A stretch of DNA of 64,000 nt from Cenarchaeum sp. (GTDB lineage Archaea > Thermoproteota > Nitrososphaeria > Nitrososphaerales > Nitrosopumilaceae), in contig CBDESU010000002.1 of the NCBI GenBank assembly GCA_965242695.1, positions 832,001 to 896,000 on the forward strand, given 5' to 3'. This document shows positions 21,805-32,277 of this stretch, in pieces; within the stretch, counting starts at the first letter, position 1, and the number at the start of each line of letters is the position of its first letter. Under the pieces are notes generated by a model. The model saw only the letters and a list, made by a program, of their open reading frames with translations. It searched no databases and was not told the origin of the DNA. A program made the translations under genes and the position numbers.

Positions 21805-22239
21805 TTCGATCTTTGTCCAAGATCGGCTGGGTGTGGACGGCCCGGCTGTTGTACGCTCCTTGGCCGCCTGCACAGCGCGGCCAGCCCCGTCTTGGCGGCG
21901 GCCGGCGGCCGGCATACCCGCCTTCCTGCCATGAGCCGCCCAAGGCCGCCCGACTATGACCCTGTGGCATGGCCGTCCCTCTTCCTGCGTGCGTACGTGC
22001 TGGCGGGGCTTGTCGAGTCGTACACTGTGGCTACGGCAGGGGCGGGCCTGGATTTTGCCGCCGAGAGGGGAGTACAGAACCTTGGCCGCTGGCCGGCGCG
22101 GCGCCGCCGGCAGCCGGCGCGGCTCTGTCGGCGCGCTGCGCGCCCGCGCGCGCCCCGCCTTCGCGGCCTGCCGCGATTATCGCACAGGATATCCGATTTT
22201 AGCCGACCCCGCGGGTCAAGTACCACTCCGGCCACAGGG

Positions 22240-22603
22240 TGGCAAGAGGCACGAACCGGTCTCGCACAAGGAGCTGGACGATGCCATAGAAGCGATACGG
22301 CACATGCCGCGCCTACGCATATTTGCGGTCAAGGCGGAGCTGGTGGAGCAGGAAAAGGAGCACAGGGACATCAGGCAGGAGGCACTCGTGGCGATATTCG
22401 GGGCCGACCAGCGCATTCTCCTGATATGGACGGGGTGGCTCAAGGAAGAGGGCATCGAGGGCCTCAGGATGCGCGGCGGCCAGGGGCGCAAGCCGTCCGT
22501 GCCCTGCGAGGGCACGGAAAAGGCGATCAAGAATAGGCGGCGGGCGGGACGCCTGGCGCCGCGCGAAAAAAAGACGCTCGCGGCCGGGGCCCGAATGAGC
22601 TAG
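22240..22603 (+). pseudogene. IS630-type transposase N-terminal HTH remnant
   Basis: W....EEGIEGLR.RGGQGRKP resembles KGVNGLYDKGGQGRP of the intact IS630 at 45343-46575; no DDE domain; start uncertain. Confidence 0.6.
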
Positions 22604-23781
22604 ACCACGCCCGTGCTCTTTGCAAGCTCGAGGGCCTTTCCCTTTGTCATTGCCGCCTCGCTCAGGATCGTGTACCTCTCGGGCCGCAGCGACTGCGCCA
22701 CGGCCATTGCCTCGGCCAGGCTCCCGCCGGACAGCCCGATCTGGCGCGCCGTCGTCGGCGCGCCGCACATGCCAAGGGCCCGCCGGACGCCCCTCCAGTC
22801 CTGCCCCTGCAGCTTTGCCATCATTATGGCGCCGATGCCGCACTTTTCGCCGTGCAGGCCGGCGCGCGGCTCGATCCGGTCCAGCGCGTGCGATATCAGG
22901 TGCTCGGCGCCCGAGCACGGCCTGCTGCTGCCCGCTATGCACGAGGCGACGCCGGCGCTGATGAGCGCCTCTACGATGATCCTCGCGTCGGGCCCGTCGC
23001 GCGCGAACGACTCGGCGCTCTCCATTACGATGCGGGCGCTCATCAGGGCCAGGCTGGCGGCGTACCTGCCGTAGTACTCGCCCGTCCGGTCGCGGCCGAT
23101 CTCCCAGTCGCGCACCGCGATGATGTTGGCGATCAGGTCGCCGCAGCCGCTCGCAAGGAGCCTTGCCGGCGCGCCCTCGATGACGTCGATGTCGACGTAT
23201 ATGCCGAGCGGCGCCGATGCTACGACCGAGTGCGGCCGCCCGCCGCCCCTGACCGAGACGAACGGGCTCGCTATGCCGTCGTGCGAGGCGGCCGTCGGGA
23301 CGCTCACGAACGGCATGCCAAGCCCGAACGCGGCCATCTTTGCGGCGTCGACCGACCTGCCTCCCCCGACCCCGACGACGAGCGAGCCGCCGGCGTCCGC
23401 TATGCTCCTCCGCAGGCGCGCAATCGACCTGGCGCTGCCGCTGCCCGTCCGGTGCCACGCGCTCGCAATGCCGGCCTCGCCGAGCGACTCGCCGATGCGG
23501 CCGCCGACCTCCTTTTTCACGCGGGGCCCGCACACGACCGAGACGGAGGGCCGCTGCCGTCGCGCCCCCCTCCCCCCCCTGCCGCCTCCGCCGATCAGAG
23601 ACCCTAGGAAGGGCCCCAGGCCGCCGAGGTTGCCGCGCCCGACCGCTATGAGGCGAGGGAGCTCCATCATGTGCGACGGCTCGGCGGCGCCAGGCGCGGC
23701 GCCAGGCGCGGCGCCAGGGGTGCCCTTCGCGCCCCGCGCCCCCCTCTTCGCGCCCCTGCCGGCCCCCTTGACGCCTGCCAC
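22600..23781 (-). CDS. egsA: sn-glycerol-1-phosphate dehydrogenase
   Basis: GVGGGRSVD.AK, PTAASHDGIASP, SRPCSGAEHLISHALD, LHGEKCG; start uncertain. Confidence 0.95.
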   Translation of the reverse strand: MAGVKGAGRGAKRGARGAKGTPGAAPGAAPGAAEPSHMMELPRLIAVGRGNLGGLGPFLGSLIGGGGRGGRGARRQRPSVSVVCGPRVKKEVGGRIGESLGEAGIASAWHRTGSGSARSIARLRRSIADAGGSLVVGVGGGRSVDAAKMAAFGLGMPFVSVPTAASHDGIASPFVSVRGGGRPHSVVASAPLGIYVDIDVIEGAPARLLASGCGDLIANIIAVRDWEIGRDRTGEYYGRYAASLALMSARIVMESAESFARDGPDARIIVEALISAGVASCIAGSSRPCSGAEHLISHALDRIEPRAGLHGEKCGIGAIMMAKLQGQDWRGVRRALGMCGAPTTARQIGLSGGSLAEAMAVAQSLRPERYTILSEAAMTKGKALELAKSTGVV

Positions 23782-23847
23782 GCCGCGAGGGGCCGGACAA
23801 GTTATTTAAAAGGGTGGCCGCTCGGCGGCCCATCTAGGTGGCAGTTT

Positions 23848-24483
23848 TTGGCCGGGACAAGGGTAGAGGAGAAGATACTGCACGGGACGACCACGGTCGG
23901 CATCAAGGCGGCCGACGGGGTCGTGCTGTGCGCCGACATGAGGGCGAGCGCCGGCTACTTTATCGCCAACAACAACACGATGAAGATCCAGCAGGTCGAC
24001 GACCACGCGGGCCTCACGCTCGCCGGCGGCGTGGCCGACGCGCAGAACATCGTCGACATCCTGCGGTACCACGCCGGCCTGCACCGCATACAGAGGCGCC
24101 GCTCGATCCCCGTCAGGTCGCTCGCGCGCCTCACGTCGCTCATATTCCACCAGAACAGGGGCTACCCGTTCATAGCCGACATACTCATGGCCGGCTACGA
24201 CGGGGACGGCCCCGCACTGTTCAACATCGACATGTTCGGCTCGGTCGAGGAAAAGTCGTACGTCACGACGGGCAGCGGCTCGCCCGTCGCGTACGGGGCC
24301 CTCGAGGAGGGCTACTCGGACGGCCTCGGCATCGACGATGCAAAGGCGCTCGCCATGCGCGCCGTCAAGGCCGCGATCCTAAGGAACAGCGGCACGGGCG
24401 ACGGCATAAACACGGCCATAATAGACTCGGGCGGGTTCCGCCTGCTCGTCGGCGAGCGAAAAAAGGCCGTCATCCCCCTGTAG
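23848..24483 (+). CDS. psmB: Proteasome beta subunit
   Basis: Propeptide junction LHG|TTTVG, ADMRAS, AGGVADAQ, TGSGSP; probable TTG start. Confidence 0.95.
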   Translation: MAGTRVEEKILHGTTTVGIKAADGVVLCADMRASAGYFIANNNTMKIQQVDDHAGLTLAGGVADAQNIVDILRYHAGLHRIQRRRSIPVRSLARLTSLIFHQNRGYPFIADILMAGYDGDGPALFNIDMFGSVEEKSYVTTGSGSPVAYGALEEGYSDGLGIDDAKALAMRAVKAAILRNSGTGDGINTAIIDSGGFRLLVGERKKAVIPL

Positions 24484-24490
24484 TGATCAG

Positions 24491-26482
24491 ATGCAGCGCA
24501 GACACCAGCAGCAGCGGCCAAGGCAGCGGCAGCAGCAGCACCAGCAGAACCGAGGGCGGCCGCGCCGGGAGCCAAAGTCCAACCAGAGCATAATGGCCGT
24601 CATACTCAGGAACATATCAAAGGAGGCGGCCGTCACGAAGATCGAGTACGAGGGGCCGCGCATCGCGCTGTACACCAGCGCGCCGCGCCACCTCCTCGAG
24701 AACGGCGACCTCGTCGCCGCCCTCGTCAACACGATCAAGAAGAGGATTGTCGTGCGCACCGACCCGTCGGCGCGCAAGCCCGAGGACGAGGCGCGCAAGA
24801 TACTCGCCGAGATGGCGCCGGCCGACGCCGGCGTGCAGAACACCGTATTCGACGAGGCCACGGGCGAGGTCTCGGTCGAGGCCAAGAGGCCGTGGCTGCT
24901 TCAGCGAAACTCGTCGGGGTTTGGGCACGCAGAGGCGGCCGAGCGGACCGGATGGATACCGCGGATACGCAAGGCCCCGACTAGCCAGTCGAGCACGATG
25001 CAGGCGATAAACTACGCGCTGCGAATATCGGCGGCCGAGCGGGCAAAGCAGCTGCGGCAGATCGGCGACGACATATTCCGGCCCCGCCTCGGGGGGCGCT
25101 CCGAGGTCTCGCTCACGACGCTCGGCGGGTTCGGGCAGGTCGGCCGCTCGTGCATGCTGCTCTCTACGCAGGAGAGCAAGGTGCTCATCGACTGCGGCGT
25201 CAACCCGGGCGCGTCCGGACCGTCCGAGACGTACCCCCGCCTGGACTGGGCCGGAATCACGCTCGACGAGCTGGACGCCGTCGTCATCGGGCACGCGCAC
25301 CTGGACCACACGGGGTTTCTGCCCGTCCTGTGCAAGTACGGGTACAGGGGGCCCGTGTACTGCACCGAGCCGACCCTGCCGATGATGAACCTCATACAGC
25401 TCGACGCCATAAAGGTCGTCACGGCGCAGGGCAGGGCCCCCGTGTACGCCGAGCGCGACGTCCGGCAGATCATGAGGCAGGCGATCACGCTCCCGTACGG
25501 GACAGTCACGGACATCTCGCCGGACATCAAGCTGGTGTTCGCCAACGCCGGCCACATACTCGGGTCGGCCCTGTGCCACTTCCACATCGGCAGCGGCGAC
25601 CACAACTTCGTCTACTCAGGCGACATAAAGTTCGGCAAGAGCATACTCTTCGAGGCGGCGGCGAGCAACTTTCCTCGCGCCGAGACGCTGCTCATCGAGA
25701 GCACGTACGGGGCAAAGGAGGACATACAGCCGTCCCGGCAGGAGGTCGAGTCGGCGTTCACGCGGGCCGTCAACGGGACGCTCAGGGGCGGCGGCAAGGT
25801 CCTCATACCGATACCGGCAGTCGGCAGGGCGCAGGAGATCATGATGGTCATAGACCACTACATGAAGTCCGGCGCGATGGTAGAGGCGCCCGTGTTCACC
25901 GAGGGGATGATCTCCGAGGCGTCGGCCATACACGAGGCGCACCCCGAGTACCTCGCAAGGTCGCTGCGCCAAAAGATACTAGAGACCGACGACAACCCGT
26001 TCGACTCGGAGTACTTTACAAACGTAGAGAGGTCCGACGGCAGGGAAGAGGCGCTGCGCGAGGGCTCGCCGTGCATCATACTCGCCACGTCGGGAATGCT
26101 CGAGGGGGGCCCCGTCCTGGAGTACTTTAGGAACATCGCCCCCGACGACAACAACAAGATGCTGTTCGTCTCGTACCAGGTGAACGGCACGCTCGGCCGG
26201 CGCGTACTCGACGGCGCCCGGCAGGTGTCCATGCTCGGGAGGGACGGCAAGGTCGAGGTCGTCACGATAAACTGCGGGATCGAAAAGCTCGACGGGTTCA
26301 GCGGCCACAGCGACTACAACCAGCTGCTAGAGTTCGTCAGGAGGCTGCGGCCAAAGCTTCGGCGCGTCCTCGTAAACCACGGCGAGAGGCGCAAGAGCGA
26401 GAACCTCGCCGGCGCCATACGGCGCATGTACAAGCTGCCGGCGCAGTACCCACAGGTGCAGGAGTCGGTGCGGCTGTTCTGA
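24491..26482 (+). CDS. KH-domain beta-CASP ribonuclease aCPSF1 (FttA)
   Basis: KH domains, LGGFGQVGRSC, HAHLDH, AGHILGSA, GFSGHSD, NHGE; adjacent to psmB. Confidence 0.96.
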   Translation: MQRRHQQQRPRQRQQQHQQNRGRPRREPKSNQSIMAVILRNISKEAAVTKIEYEGPRIALYTSAPRHLLENGDLVAALVNTIKKRIVVRTDPSARKPEDEARKILAEMAPADAGVQNTVFDEATGEVSVEAKRPWLLQRNSSGFGHAEAAERTGWIPRIRKAPTSQSSTMQAINYALRISAAERAKQLRQIGDDIFRPRLGGRSEVSLTTLGGFGQVGRSCMLLSTQESKVLIDCGVNPGASGPSETYPRLDWAGITLDELDAVVIGHAHLDHTGFLPVLCKYGYRGPVYCTEPTLPMMNLIQLDAIKVVTAQGRAPVYAERDVRQIMRQAITLPYGTVTDISPDIKLVFANAGHILGSALCHFHIGSGDHNFVYSGDIKFGKSILFEAAASNFPRAETLLIESTYGAKEDIQPSRQEVESAFTRAVNGTLRGGGKVLIPIPAVGRAQEIMMVIDHYMKSGAMVEAPVFTEGMISEASAIHEAHPEYLARSLRQKILETDDNPFDSEYFTNVERSDGREEALREGSPCIILATSGMLEGGPVLEYFRNIAPDDNNKMLFVSYQVNGTLGRRVLDGARQVSMLGRDGKVEVVTINCGIEKLDGFSGHSDYNQLLEFVRRLRPKLRRVLVNHGERRKSENLAGAIRRMYKLPAQYPQVQESVRLF

Positions 26483-26503
26483 GAGGGCCGCGAGCAGGAC
26501 GAG

Positions 26504-26782
26504 CTACTTCAGCCCGTACTCGGGCTTCCAGATCTTTACGCTGGAGGGCGAGACGATGATGCGCTCCTCGCCGAGGCGCGCAATGTCGGCGTCGTGGGTC
26601 TTGGCGAGCTCGTACAGGTCCTCGACGACCTTGCGCAGCGCGTCGACGTCCTTCTGGGCTAGCGGCGTGACCCTGAGGATCAGCAGCATGCCGCGCTTTA
26701 TGTCCTCCTTGATGGCGTGGACGTCGCTCGGGTCGCGCACGGTCATGGCCTTGAGGTACGTGACGGTCTCGTGCTTTTGCAT
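26504..26782 (-). CDS. sepF: Archaeal SepF-family protein
   Basis: I.E.I.RG.LLIL...PL...D...L and DIARLGEERIIVSP..VKI motifs. Confidence 0.85.
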   Translation of the reverse strand: MQKHETVTYLKAMTVRDPSDVHAIKEDIKRGMLLILRVTPLAQKDVDALRKVVEDLYELAKTHDADIARLGEERIIVSPSSVKIWKPEYGLK

Positions 26783-26843
26783 GCGCCCCGTGTGCGATCG
26801 GGTTACTCTAAAACCATTCTATTTGAGCGGCCGGATTCCACGC

Positions 26844-27953
26844 CTAGGCGAGCCTGTAGAGGCCGAATGCCTCGTCATCGGCCGCCGCGGCGACGACCTC
26901 TGTTTCCACTGTAAGCGACTCGCCGTCCCCCCCGGCCCCGTCGCGCACCGCCACGGCGCAGTCCTGGCCTGCCGGCGCGTCCGAGTACCTGACGGTCACG
27001 GCGGCGGCGAGCTCGACGTGCCTGGATGCGGGGCCGGTCCCAGAGTCCTCGGCGGCCCCGCGCACGCGCAGCATCGAGGTGGGGCCCATGTGGCCCTTCG
27101 CCTCGAGCAGGGTGTCGCCGGGCAGGGCGAGCGACCGTATCACCGCGTTCTCGTCGCGGTTGCGGCCGACGACGAGCTTTGTCGAGTCGTCGAGCCTAAA
27201 GTGCCGCCCGACCTTTAGCAGGTCGATGTCGTTGATGGTCGGATCCTCGACGTGCGCGAACAGGTCCTTTGCGCGCCTCCCGAACGCGGGGTCGGTCAGC
27301 AGGCACCCGCCGCCGGCGTTTGGGGGATCTACAATGCCGTACTCGGACGCCATCGCAAGCTGCTTTCTGCGGCTGCGGCCGCGTATAGTGCCGAGGTCCT
27401 CGCGGCGTATCAGCCCGTCCCGCTCGGGGCCCGTCTTTGGGAGCAGGGCCGCCGAGAGGGGGCGGACGATCTTGCCGTCCAGGCCCGACTCGCGCTCGAT
27501 CGTGCGCAACGCCGGCCCGTGCTGGCTCATCGGGCGCTGCCCGAGCACCTCGCCGGATATGATGAACTCGGCGCCGATCTCGTCCATGCGCTTCTTTGCC
27601 GCCTCGAACATCATCGCGCGGCAGTCGATGCACGGGTTCATGCCGGCCCCGAAGCCGTGCTTTGGGCTCTTTAGCATCTCGATGTACTCGTCGCCCAGGT
27701 AGACGGTCTTGAGGTCGACTCCGAGCTCTTCGGCGCGGCCGCGTATCTCAAAGCCGCACCCCCTCCCGCAGTCAAAGTCGCAGAACGGGGTCTTGATGGC
27801 GACGGCCGAGACGTCGAACCCCTGCCTCTGCATCATGCGGACGGCGAGCTGGCTGTCCAGGCCGCCGGAGAGGAGCGCGACGACCTTTTTCTTGCCCGGC
27901 TCGCCGGCGCCGTCTCCTGCGCTCGCCGCGCCAGCTTCCGCCCCGCCGTCCAT
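26844..27953 (-). CDS. ThiI/MnmA-like PP-loop tRNA-modifying protein
   Basis: LLSGGLDS, NPCIDCR, SGEVLGQRPMSQ, GGGCLLTD, GRHFR. Confidence 0.85.
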   Translation of the reverse strand: MDGGAEAGAASAGDGAGEPGKKKVVALLSGGLDSQLAVRMMQRQGFDVSAVAIKTPFCDFDCGRGCGFEIRGRAEELGVDLKTVYLGDEYIEMLKSPKHGFGAGMNPCIDCRAMMFEAAKKRMDEIGAEFIISGEVLGQRPMSQHGPALRTIERESGLDGKIVRPLSAALLPKTGPERDGLIRREDLGTIRGRSRRKQLAMASEYGIVDPPNAGGGCLLTDPAFGRRAKDLFAHVEDPTINDIDLLKVGRHFRLDDSTKLVVGRNRDENAVIRSLALPGDTLLEAKGHMGPTSMLRVRGAAEDSGTGPASRHVELAAAVTVRYSDAPAGQDCAVAVRDGAGGDGESLTVETEVVAAAADDEAFGLYRLA

Positions 27954-28046
27954 GGGGGCGCCGCGGCAGTGCGATATACAAACCCTACGGGCGCGGCGCG
28001 CAGCGCCCCTCCGCGTCCTCTCCCCGCAGCCGGCTGGGGCGGCGCC

Positions 28047-28253
28047 CTAGAGCAGCCTGGCCTCGCCCCAGTGATGCCCGCAGTCGTGGCAGGTCTGGGC
28101 GGGGTTTTCGGGGCCAACGCAGCAGCCGCCAAGAACCATGCGCCCCTCTTCAAGCTCCTTCTCCAGCTCCTTGTCCATCAAGACGTACCCGTAGATGATC
28201 GAGGCGACGTTCCTGCCCTTGCAGCGTGGGCACGTCTTGCGCAGCCTGGCCAT
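28047..28253 (-). CDS. Small double-CxxC protein
   Basis: CPRC...IIYGY...LGGCC...CHDCG..W; alternative start 28274. Confidence 0.7.
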   Translation of the reverse strand: MARLRKTCPRCKGRNVASIIYGYVLMDKELEKELEEGRMVLGGCCVGPENPAQTCHDCGHHWGEARLL

Positions 28254-28432
28254 GCGCATGCGCGCGAGCCGCAATATTTAAGGATGTTCTATATAGAATC
28301 GCGTTCTTGGCATCTAGATCTAGGCACGCGGGCGGCGGCCGCTGCACTCAATCCGCATTTGGGCCCGCAGCTGGCTTGGAACGTGTCCGCGCCGTGGGCG
28401 GACATATTAAGACCCTGTCGCGCGGCGGATGC

Positions 28433-29311
28433 GTGGATATACCCCGCGCCGCAATCTGCGCGGCGGCCATGGCGGCGGCAATATCGTCAGTCTCGGCCTA
28501 TGGCGAGGCCCATGCCCAGGCCGAGCTGGTGCCGCCGTGGGTCAAGCAGGTGTTTGCATACTATGTAGACGGCCAGATAGCCGAGTCCGAGCTGCTAGAC
28601 ACCGTTGGCTACCTCATAGAGAAGGGCGTCATCAAAGTCGACTGCGCGTGTGATGCGGGCCAGGTCGCCATGTCGATCACCGGCATAGAGGAGAGAAAGG
28701 CGACAATCAAGACATGGCTGGCCGTCCTTGACAGCGGCGCCGCAAACATGGAGGACTACGCCACGATAGCCGAAGACGACAGCGAGTATATCGAGGAGGT
28801 AGTCGACGAGAACGCCGAGATGCTCAAGGAGATCGAAAGGGCGGCCGCCTACGCGGCGGAGTCTGCGAAGGCGGCGGAAGCGGCGGCCGAGCTCGGACTC
28901 CCCGCCGAGGCGGCGGAAGAGGCCGAGTGGGTCGAGTACTATGCGGAGTATGCCGAGCTCGGCTCCGCCGTGTTCATCGACTTTGCCTACACGCTGGATA
29001 GCGACATAGAAAGGATGGCGTGGCAGATCGGCATTCAGAAGGCATCCCTTGGGCGCATGGCAGAGAACCTGGAGATTCTCAGGCCGCACGAGGCCGCCTA
29101 CGGGGTCGAATTCATAGAGGATTTCGAGGCGCAGATCAAGCGCATAGACGATGCCGTCGAGCGCATAGAGATCGGCATCAAGCGCATGGAGGTGAGCGCT
29201 GAGCGGGCCGCGGAGCAGGCCGAGCGGGCGGAGCAGGCCGAGCGCGCCGTCGCGCTGGCAACCGAGCGCGCCGAGCGCGCCGTCGCGCTGGCCATAGCGG
29301 AGTACGGGTAG
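28433..29311 (+). CDS. Secreted acidic coiled-coil protein with thaumarchaeal PxWxK surface domain
   Basis: Signal peptide, VPPWVKQ...GQI.ESELL..VGYLIEKGVI, E/A-rich helices, repeated AERA tail. Confidence 0.75.
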   Translation: MDIPRAAICAAAMAAAISSVSAYGEAHAQAELVPPWVKQVFAYYVDGQIAESELLDTVGYLIEKGVIKVDCACDAGQVAMSITGIEERKATIKTWLAVLDSGAANMEDYATIAEDDSEYIEEVVDENAEMLKEIERAAAYAAESAKAAEAAAELGLPAEAAEEAEWVEYYAEYAELGSAVFIDFAYTLDSDIERMAWQIGIQKASLGRMAENLEILRPHEAAYGVEFIEDFEAQIKRIDDAVERIEIGIKRMEVSAERAAEQAERAEQAERAVALATERAERAVALAIAEYG

Positions 29312-29415
29312 TGATGCCGGCCATGATCCGCAACAGCTTTCGCGCGGGCGCTGCCTGGGCGGTGGGCTTGAGATTCTGCGTAGTGATGCCGGCCATGATC
29401 CGCAACAGCTTTCGC
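29308..29415. repeat. Two 36-bp direct repeats separated by 36 bp
   Basis: GTAGTGATGCCGGCCATGATCCGCAACAGCTTTCGC at 29308 and 29380. Confidence 0.9.
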
Positions 29416-29588
29416 AGGGGGAGCTGCAAATGCGTGTCCGGCGAACCTGGGTCGTCACCGAGCGGGCGGCCAACGCGGCACGCGGGAGGGGTGGCTCCTT
29501 GAGGCGGGGCGGCGGCGGCGCCTCCGCGGAGGCCCGAACGGATGCTCCGCCTGCAGCGAGCCGCACTCCGAGGGCGGCAGGGGTGCAA

Positions 29589-30686
29589 ATGGCCGCCCGC
29601 CGCGACATTCTGGCCAAGCGCGCTAGGGCCCTGGGCTTTGACATGGTGGTCACTACCGAGCCGGAAAACCTGTTCTATTTGACGGGGTTCTGGGGCGAGG
29701 CGTACGGCGTCATGGACGCGCGAGGCCGCGGGGGCCGCGGCGGGGGCCGTCGCGCGACGATCATCGCGCCCGCGCTGGAGGCCGGCAGGGCCGCATCCGA
29801 GGCCGCCGGCGCCGATATAGTCCCGGCGGACCGCGGCTCCGAGCTGGTAAAGTCGCTGGCCGGGATGGTAAAGGGGACAAGGGCGTGCGCCGACTGCCAG
29901 AGCTATCCGCTGATGATGTCGCTCAAGAAGGCCGCCCCGACCCTGCGCCACTCGTCCGAGCCGTTCACCCGTTCTCGCACGGTCAAGGACGCCGGCGAGA
30001 TATCGACCATCAGAAAGGCCTCGAGGATAATCGACGGCATGTTCGAGCTGTGCGCATCCGAGATCAAGGCGGGCATGAGGGAGACCGAGCTCCAGGCCGT
30101 CCTGATGGCGCACGCGACCGAGCGCAGCATGTTCGACACGGGGTACCGCTCGACGCTGAACCCGCTGATCGTCGCCGGCGGCCCCAACGGGGCCCTGCCG
30201 CACGCGCAGGTCACGGGGCGCCGGTTCGCCGACGGAGACCTAATCGTCGTGGATCTGACGCTGCGCCACAGGGGATACGTTACGGACGCGACGCGAACGT
30301 TCGGGCTTGGCCGCGTGCCGCAGCGCGCAAGGGACGCGTACGAGGCCGTAAGGGCGTCGCAGGAGATGGGCCTGCGGGTAGCCAGGGAGGGCGCGACGTG
30401 CGCCAACGTCGATGCGGCGTGCAGGGACAGCCTCCGCGGGGACGGCTGGGCCGAGTACTTTGTCCACTCGACGGGGCACGGCGTCGGGCTCGACGTGCAC
30501 GAGGCGCCGGCCGTGTCGGCAGGCTCCAAGGCCGTGCTGGAAAAAAACATGGTCGTCACCGTCGAGCCGGGCGTGTACGTGCCCGGCAGGTTCGGCGTGC
30601 GCATCGAGGATACCGTCGCGGTGCGCGGCGGGGGAACGGCGCCGGCCGTGCTGCACCGCTTTGGAAAGGACCTGATCGTGCTCTAG
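29589..30686 (+). CDS. pepQ: Xaa-Pro aminopeptidase (M24)
   Basis: NLFYLTGF, ALPH, D...GYVTDATRT, HSTGHGVGLDVHE, EPGVY, GVRIED. Confidence 0.93.
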   Translation: MAARRDILAKRARALGFDMVVTTEPENLFYLTGFWGEAYGVMDARGRGGRGGGRRATIIAPALEAGRAASEAAGADIVPADRGSELVKSLAGMVKGTRACADCQSYPLMMSLKKAAPTLRHSSEPFTRSRTVKDAGEISTIRKASRIIDGMFELCASEIKAGMRETELQAVLMAHATERSMFDTGYRSTLNPLIVAGGPNGALPHAQVTGRRFADGDLIVVDLTLRHRGYVTDATRTFGLGRVPQRARDAYEAVRASQEMGLRVAREGATCANVDAACRDSLRGDGWAEYFVHSTGHGVGLDVHEAPAVSAGSKAVLEKNMVVTVEPGVYVPGRFGVRIEDTVAVRGGGTAPAVLHRFGKDLIVL

Positions 30687-30738
30687 GGCCCCGAACGGCG
30701 GCGCTGGCAAAGACTGGCGGCCGCGGGGGCATCCAAGG

Positions 30739-31473
30739 ATGCCACTAATATGGGCCAGCCCTGCGCGCGGCGGCATGGGGCGGCAGCCAAGGCTCGCCGA
30801 CGGGTCGTTCCTGCCCGGGCTGACGCTCGGCGGGATCAAGAGGATGCGCGATGCGGAGGGGAGCAAGAGGAATGCCATGAAGATGCAGGTCGCATACCTC
30901 TACAAGTCCGGCAGGACGGTCAGGGAGGCCGCCGATGCCGCCGGCACAGGGTACGTGAACGCCTGGCGCTGGATAGGAGAGATGTACGAGAGGGGGCCCG
31001 ATGCGCTGTCGCACCGCAGGCCCCCGGGCGCGGCCAGGTGGCTTACGCGCGACGAGTACATCCAGATGGCCATAGACGTGTACAGGGGGCCGCGCGCCTG
31101 CGGGTACGAGACCGACGCATGGTCGTACGCCCTCATCCACAAGCATGTCTGCAAAAAGTACAGGGTCGATATTGGCTACAGTACCCTCGTCCACAACCTG
31201 CACGAGCTGCGCATCGTGATCAAGCCGACGCAGGCTGCCCGTCACGGCAGGGCGCCCGCGGGGAAGCGCGCCGGACTTCGGAGGGAGGCTGGAGGAGCGA
31301 TCCTCGTGTGCACGGGTAGCGGCGGCGGACGCCCGCCCGCGGGCGGGGCCGGGGCCAAAAGAAGGGGGGCGCCCGACCCCGAGATTCGCAGCAGGCTTCC
31401 GCGCCGGCTTGCCAGCTCGGGCCTTCCCGCCGAGTACCTGGCGGACCCCCCGGAGATCCTGCTGAAGCGGTGA
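30739..31473 (+). CDS. IS630-derived HTH/wHTH protein lacking a DDE domain
   Basis: TVREAADAAG....AWRW..E..ERG, then P.ACGY....WS...IHKH..KKY.V winged-helix segment. Confidence 0.65.
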   Translation: MPLIWASPARGGMGRQPRLADGSFLPGLTLGGIKRMRDAEGSKRNAMKMQVAYLYKSGRTVREAADAAGTGYVNAWRWIGEMYERGPDALSHRRPPGAARWLTRDEYIQMAIDVYRGPRACGYETDAWSYALIHKHVCKKYRVDIGYSTLVHNLHELRIVIKPTQAARHGRAPAGKRAGLRREAGGAILVCTGSGGGRPPAGGAGAKRRGAPDPEIRSRLPRRLASSGLPAEYLADPPEILLKR

Positions 31474-31554
31474 CTGGGGCGCACCGGGATCTGCCGCGGC
31501 GCGGCCGCATCGCTAGGCGGGGGCGTCGCAGCAGCTCGCCTCTGCATCCCCCTG

Positions 31555-32061
31555 CTACCTCTCTAGTGCGGCCAGCAGGGTGTACAGGTGGCCCCTAGAG
31601 TAATCCACGCCCGTCCTCTTCTTGATTTCCTTGCCGAATTCCTCGGCCGACAGCCTCTTTGCGCCCTTGGCATTCCCGGCGCCCGGCGCCTGCGCATTGC
31701 GCGCAAGGAGCGCATCCCTTGCCTCTGCAAGCACTTCTGCGCCGACCCTTGCCTCCCGCCCGCGGTTTCCCTCGCTGCTCCGGAGCGCATCGACGCCGCC
31801 ACTTTCGTAGGCGGCGCACCACTCGTAGAGGGTCTTTTTGGTGACGTGAAACAGCCACGCAATCCTCCTCATTCCGAGCCGCTCGTACTTGGGCAGCGTT
31901 CGGTCTGCCCTGACAACGCTCACGGCCCGCACCTTGACATCGAACATGTCGCCGCGCTCGTCCAGGGCGCCCTGGAGCTTGGCCCCGGGCCTGTACGTCT
32001 TGATCAGCGCGTCGATGACGGCCGCGTGCGCGGGGCCGCCGTCCTTGACGGGCGAGGCCAA
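31555..32061 (-). CDS. IS630-derived HTH protein lacking a DDE domain
   Basis: IAWLF.VTKKTLYEW...YESGG.DALR...GR, then I.KRTGVDYSRGHLY.LL. Confidence 0.65.
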   Translation of the reverse strand: MASPVKDGGPAHAAVIDALIKTYRPGAKLQGALDERGDMFDVKVRAVSVVRADRTLPKYERLGMRRIAWLFHVTKKTLYEWCAAYESGGVDALRSSEGNRGREARVGAEVLAEARDALLARNAQAPGAGNAKGAKRLSAEEFGKEIKKRTGVDYSRGHLYTLLAALER

Positions 32062-32277
32062 CGCCCCCTAGTCAAACCCTGCCGGTATAACCCTTGCGGC
32101 GGACAAAGGCCGGCGCGGGGTCGGGGCAATCCGGCTTGCGTTTTCCTCCTGTAGGCGCGCCCCTTCCCGCCGCCCGCCCTCCGCCGGGAACCGGCGGGGG
32201 CGGGGCGCCGGACGCCGGGGATCGGCCCAAGAGGCCGGCGGCATACGTTGATAGGCGCCCCCCGCTCCCCCAAGCCG

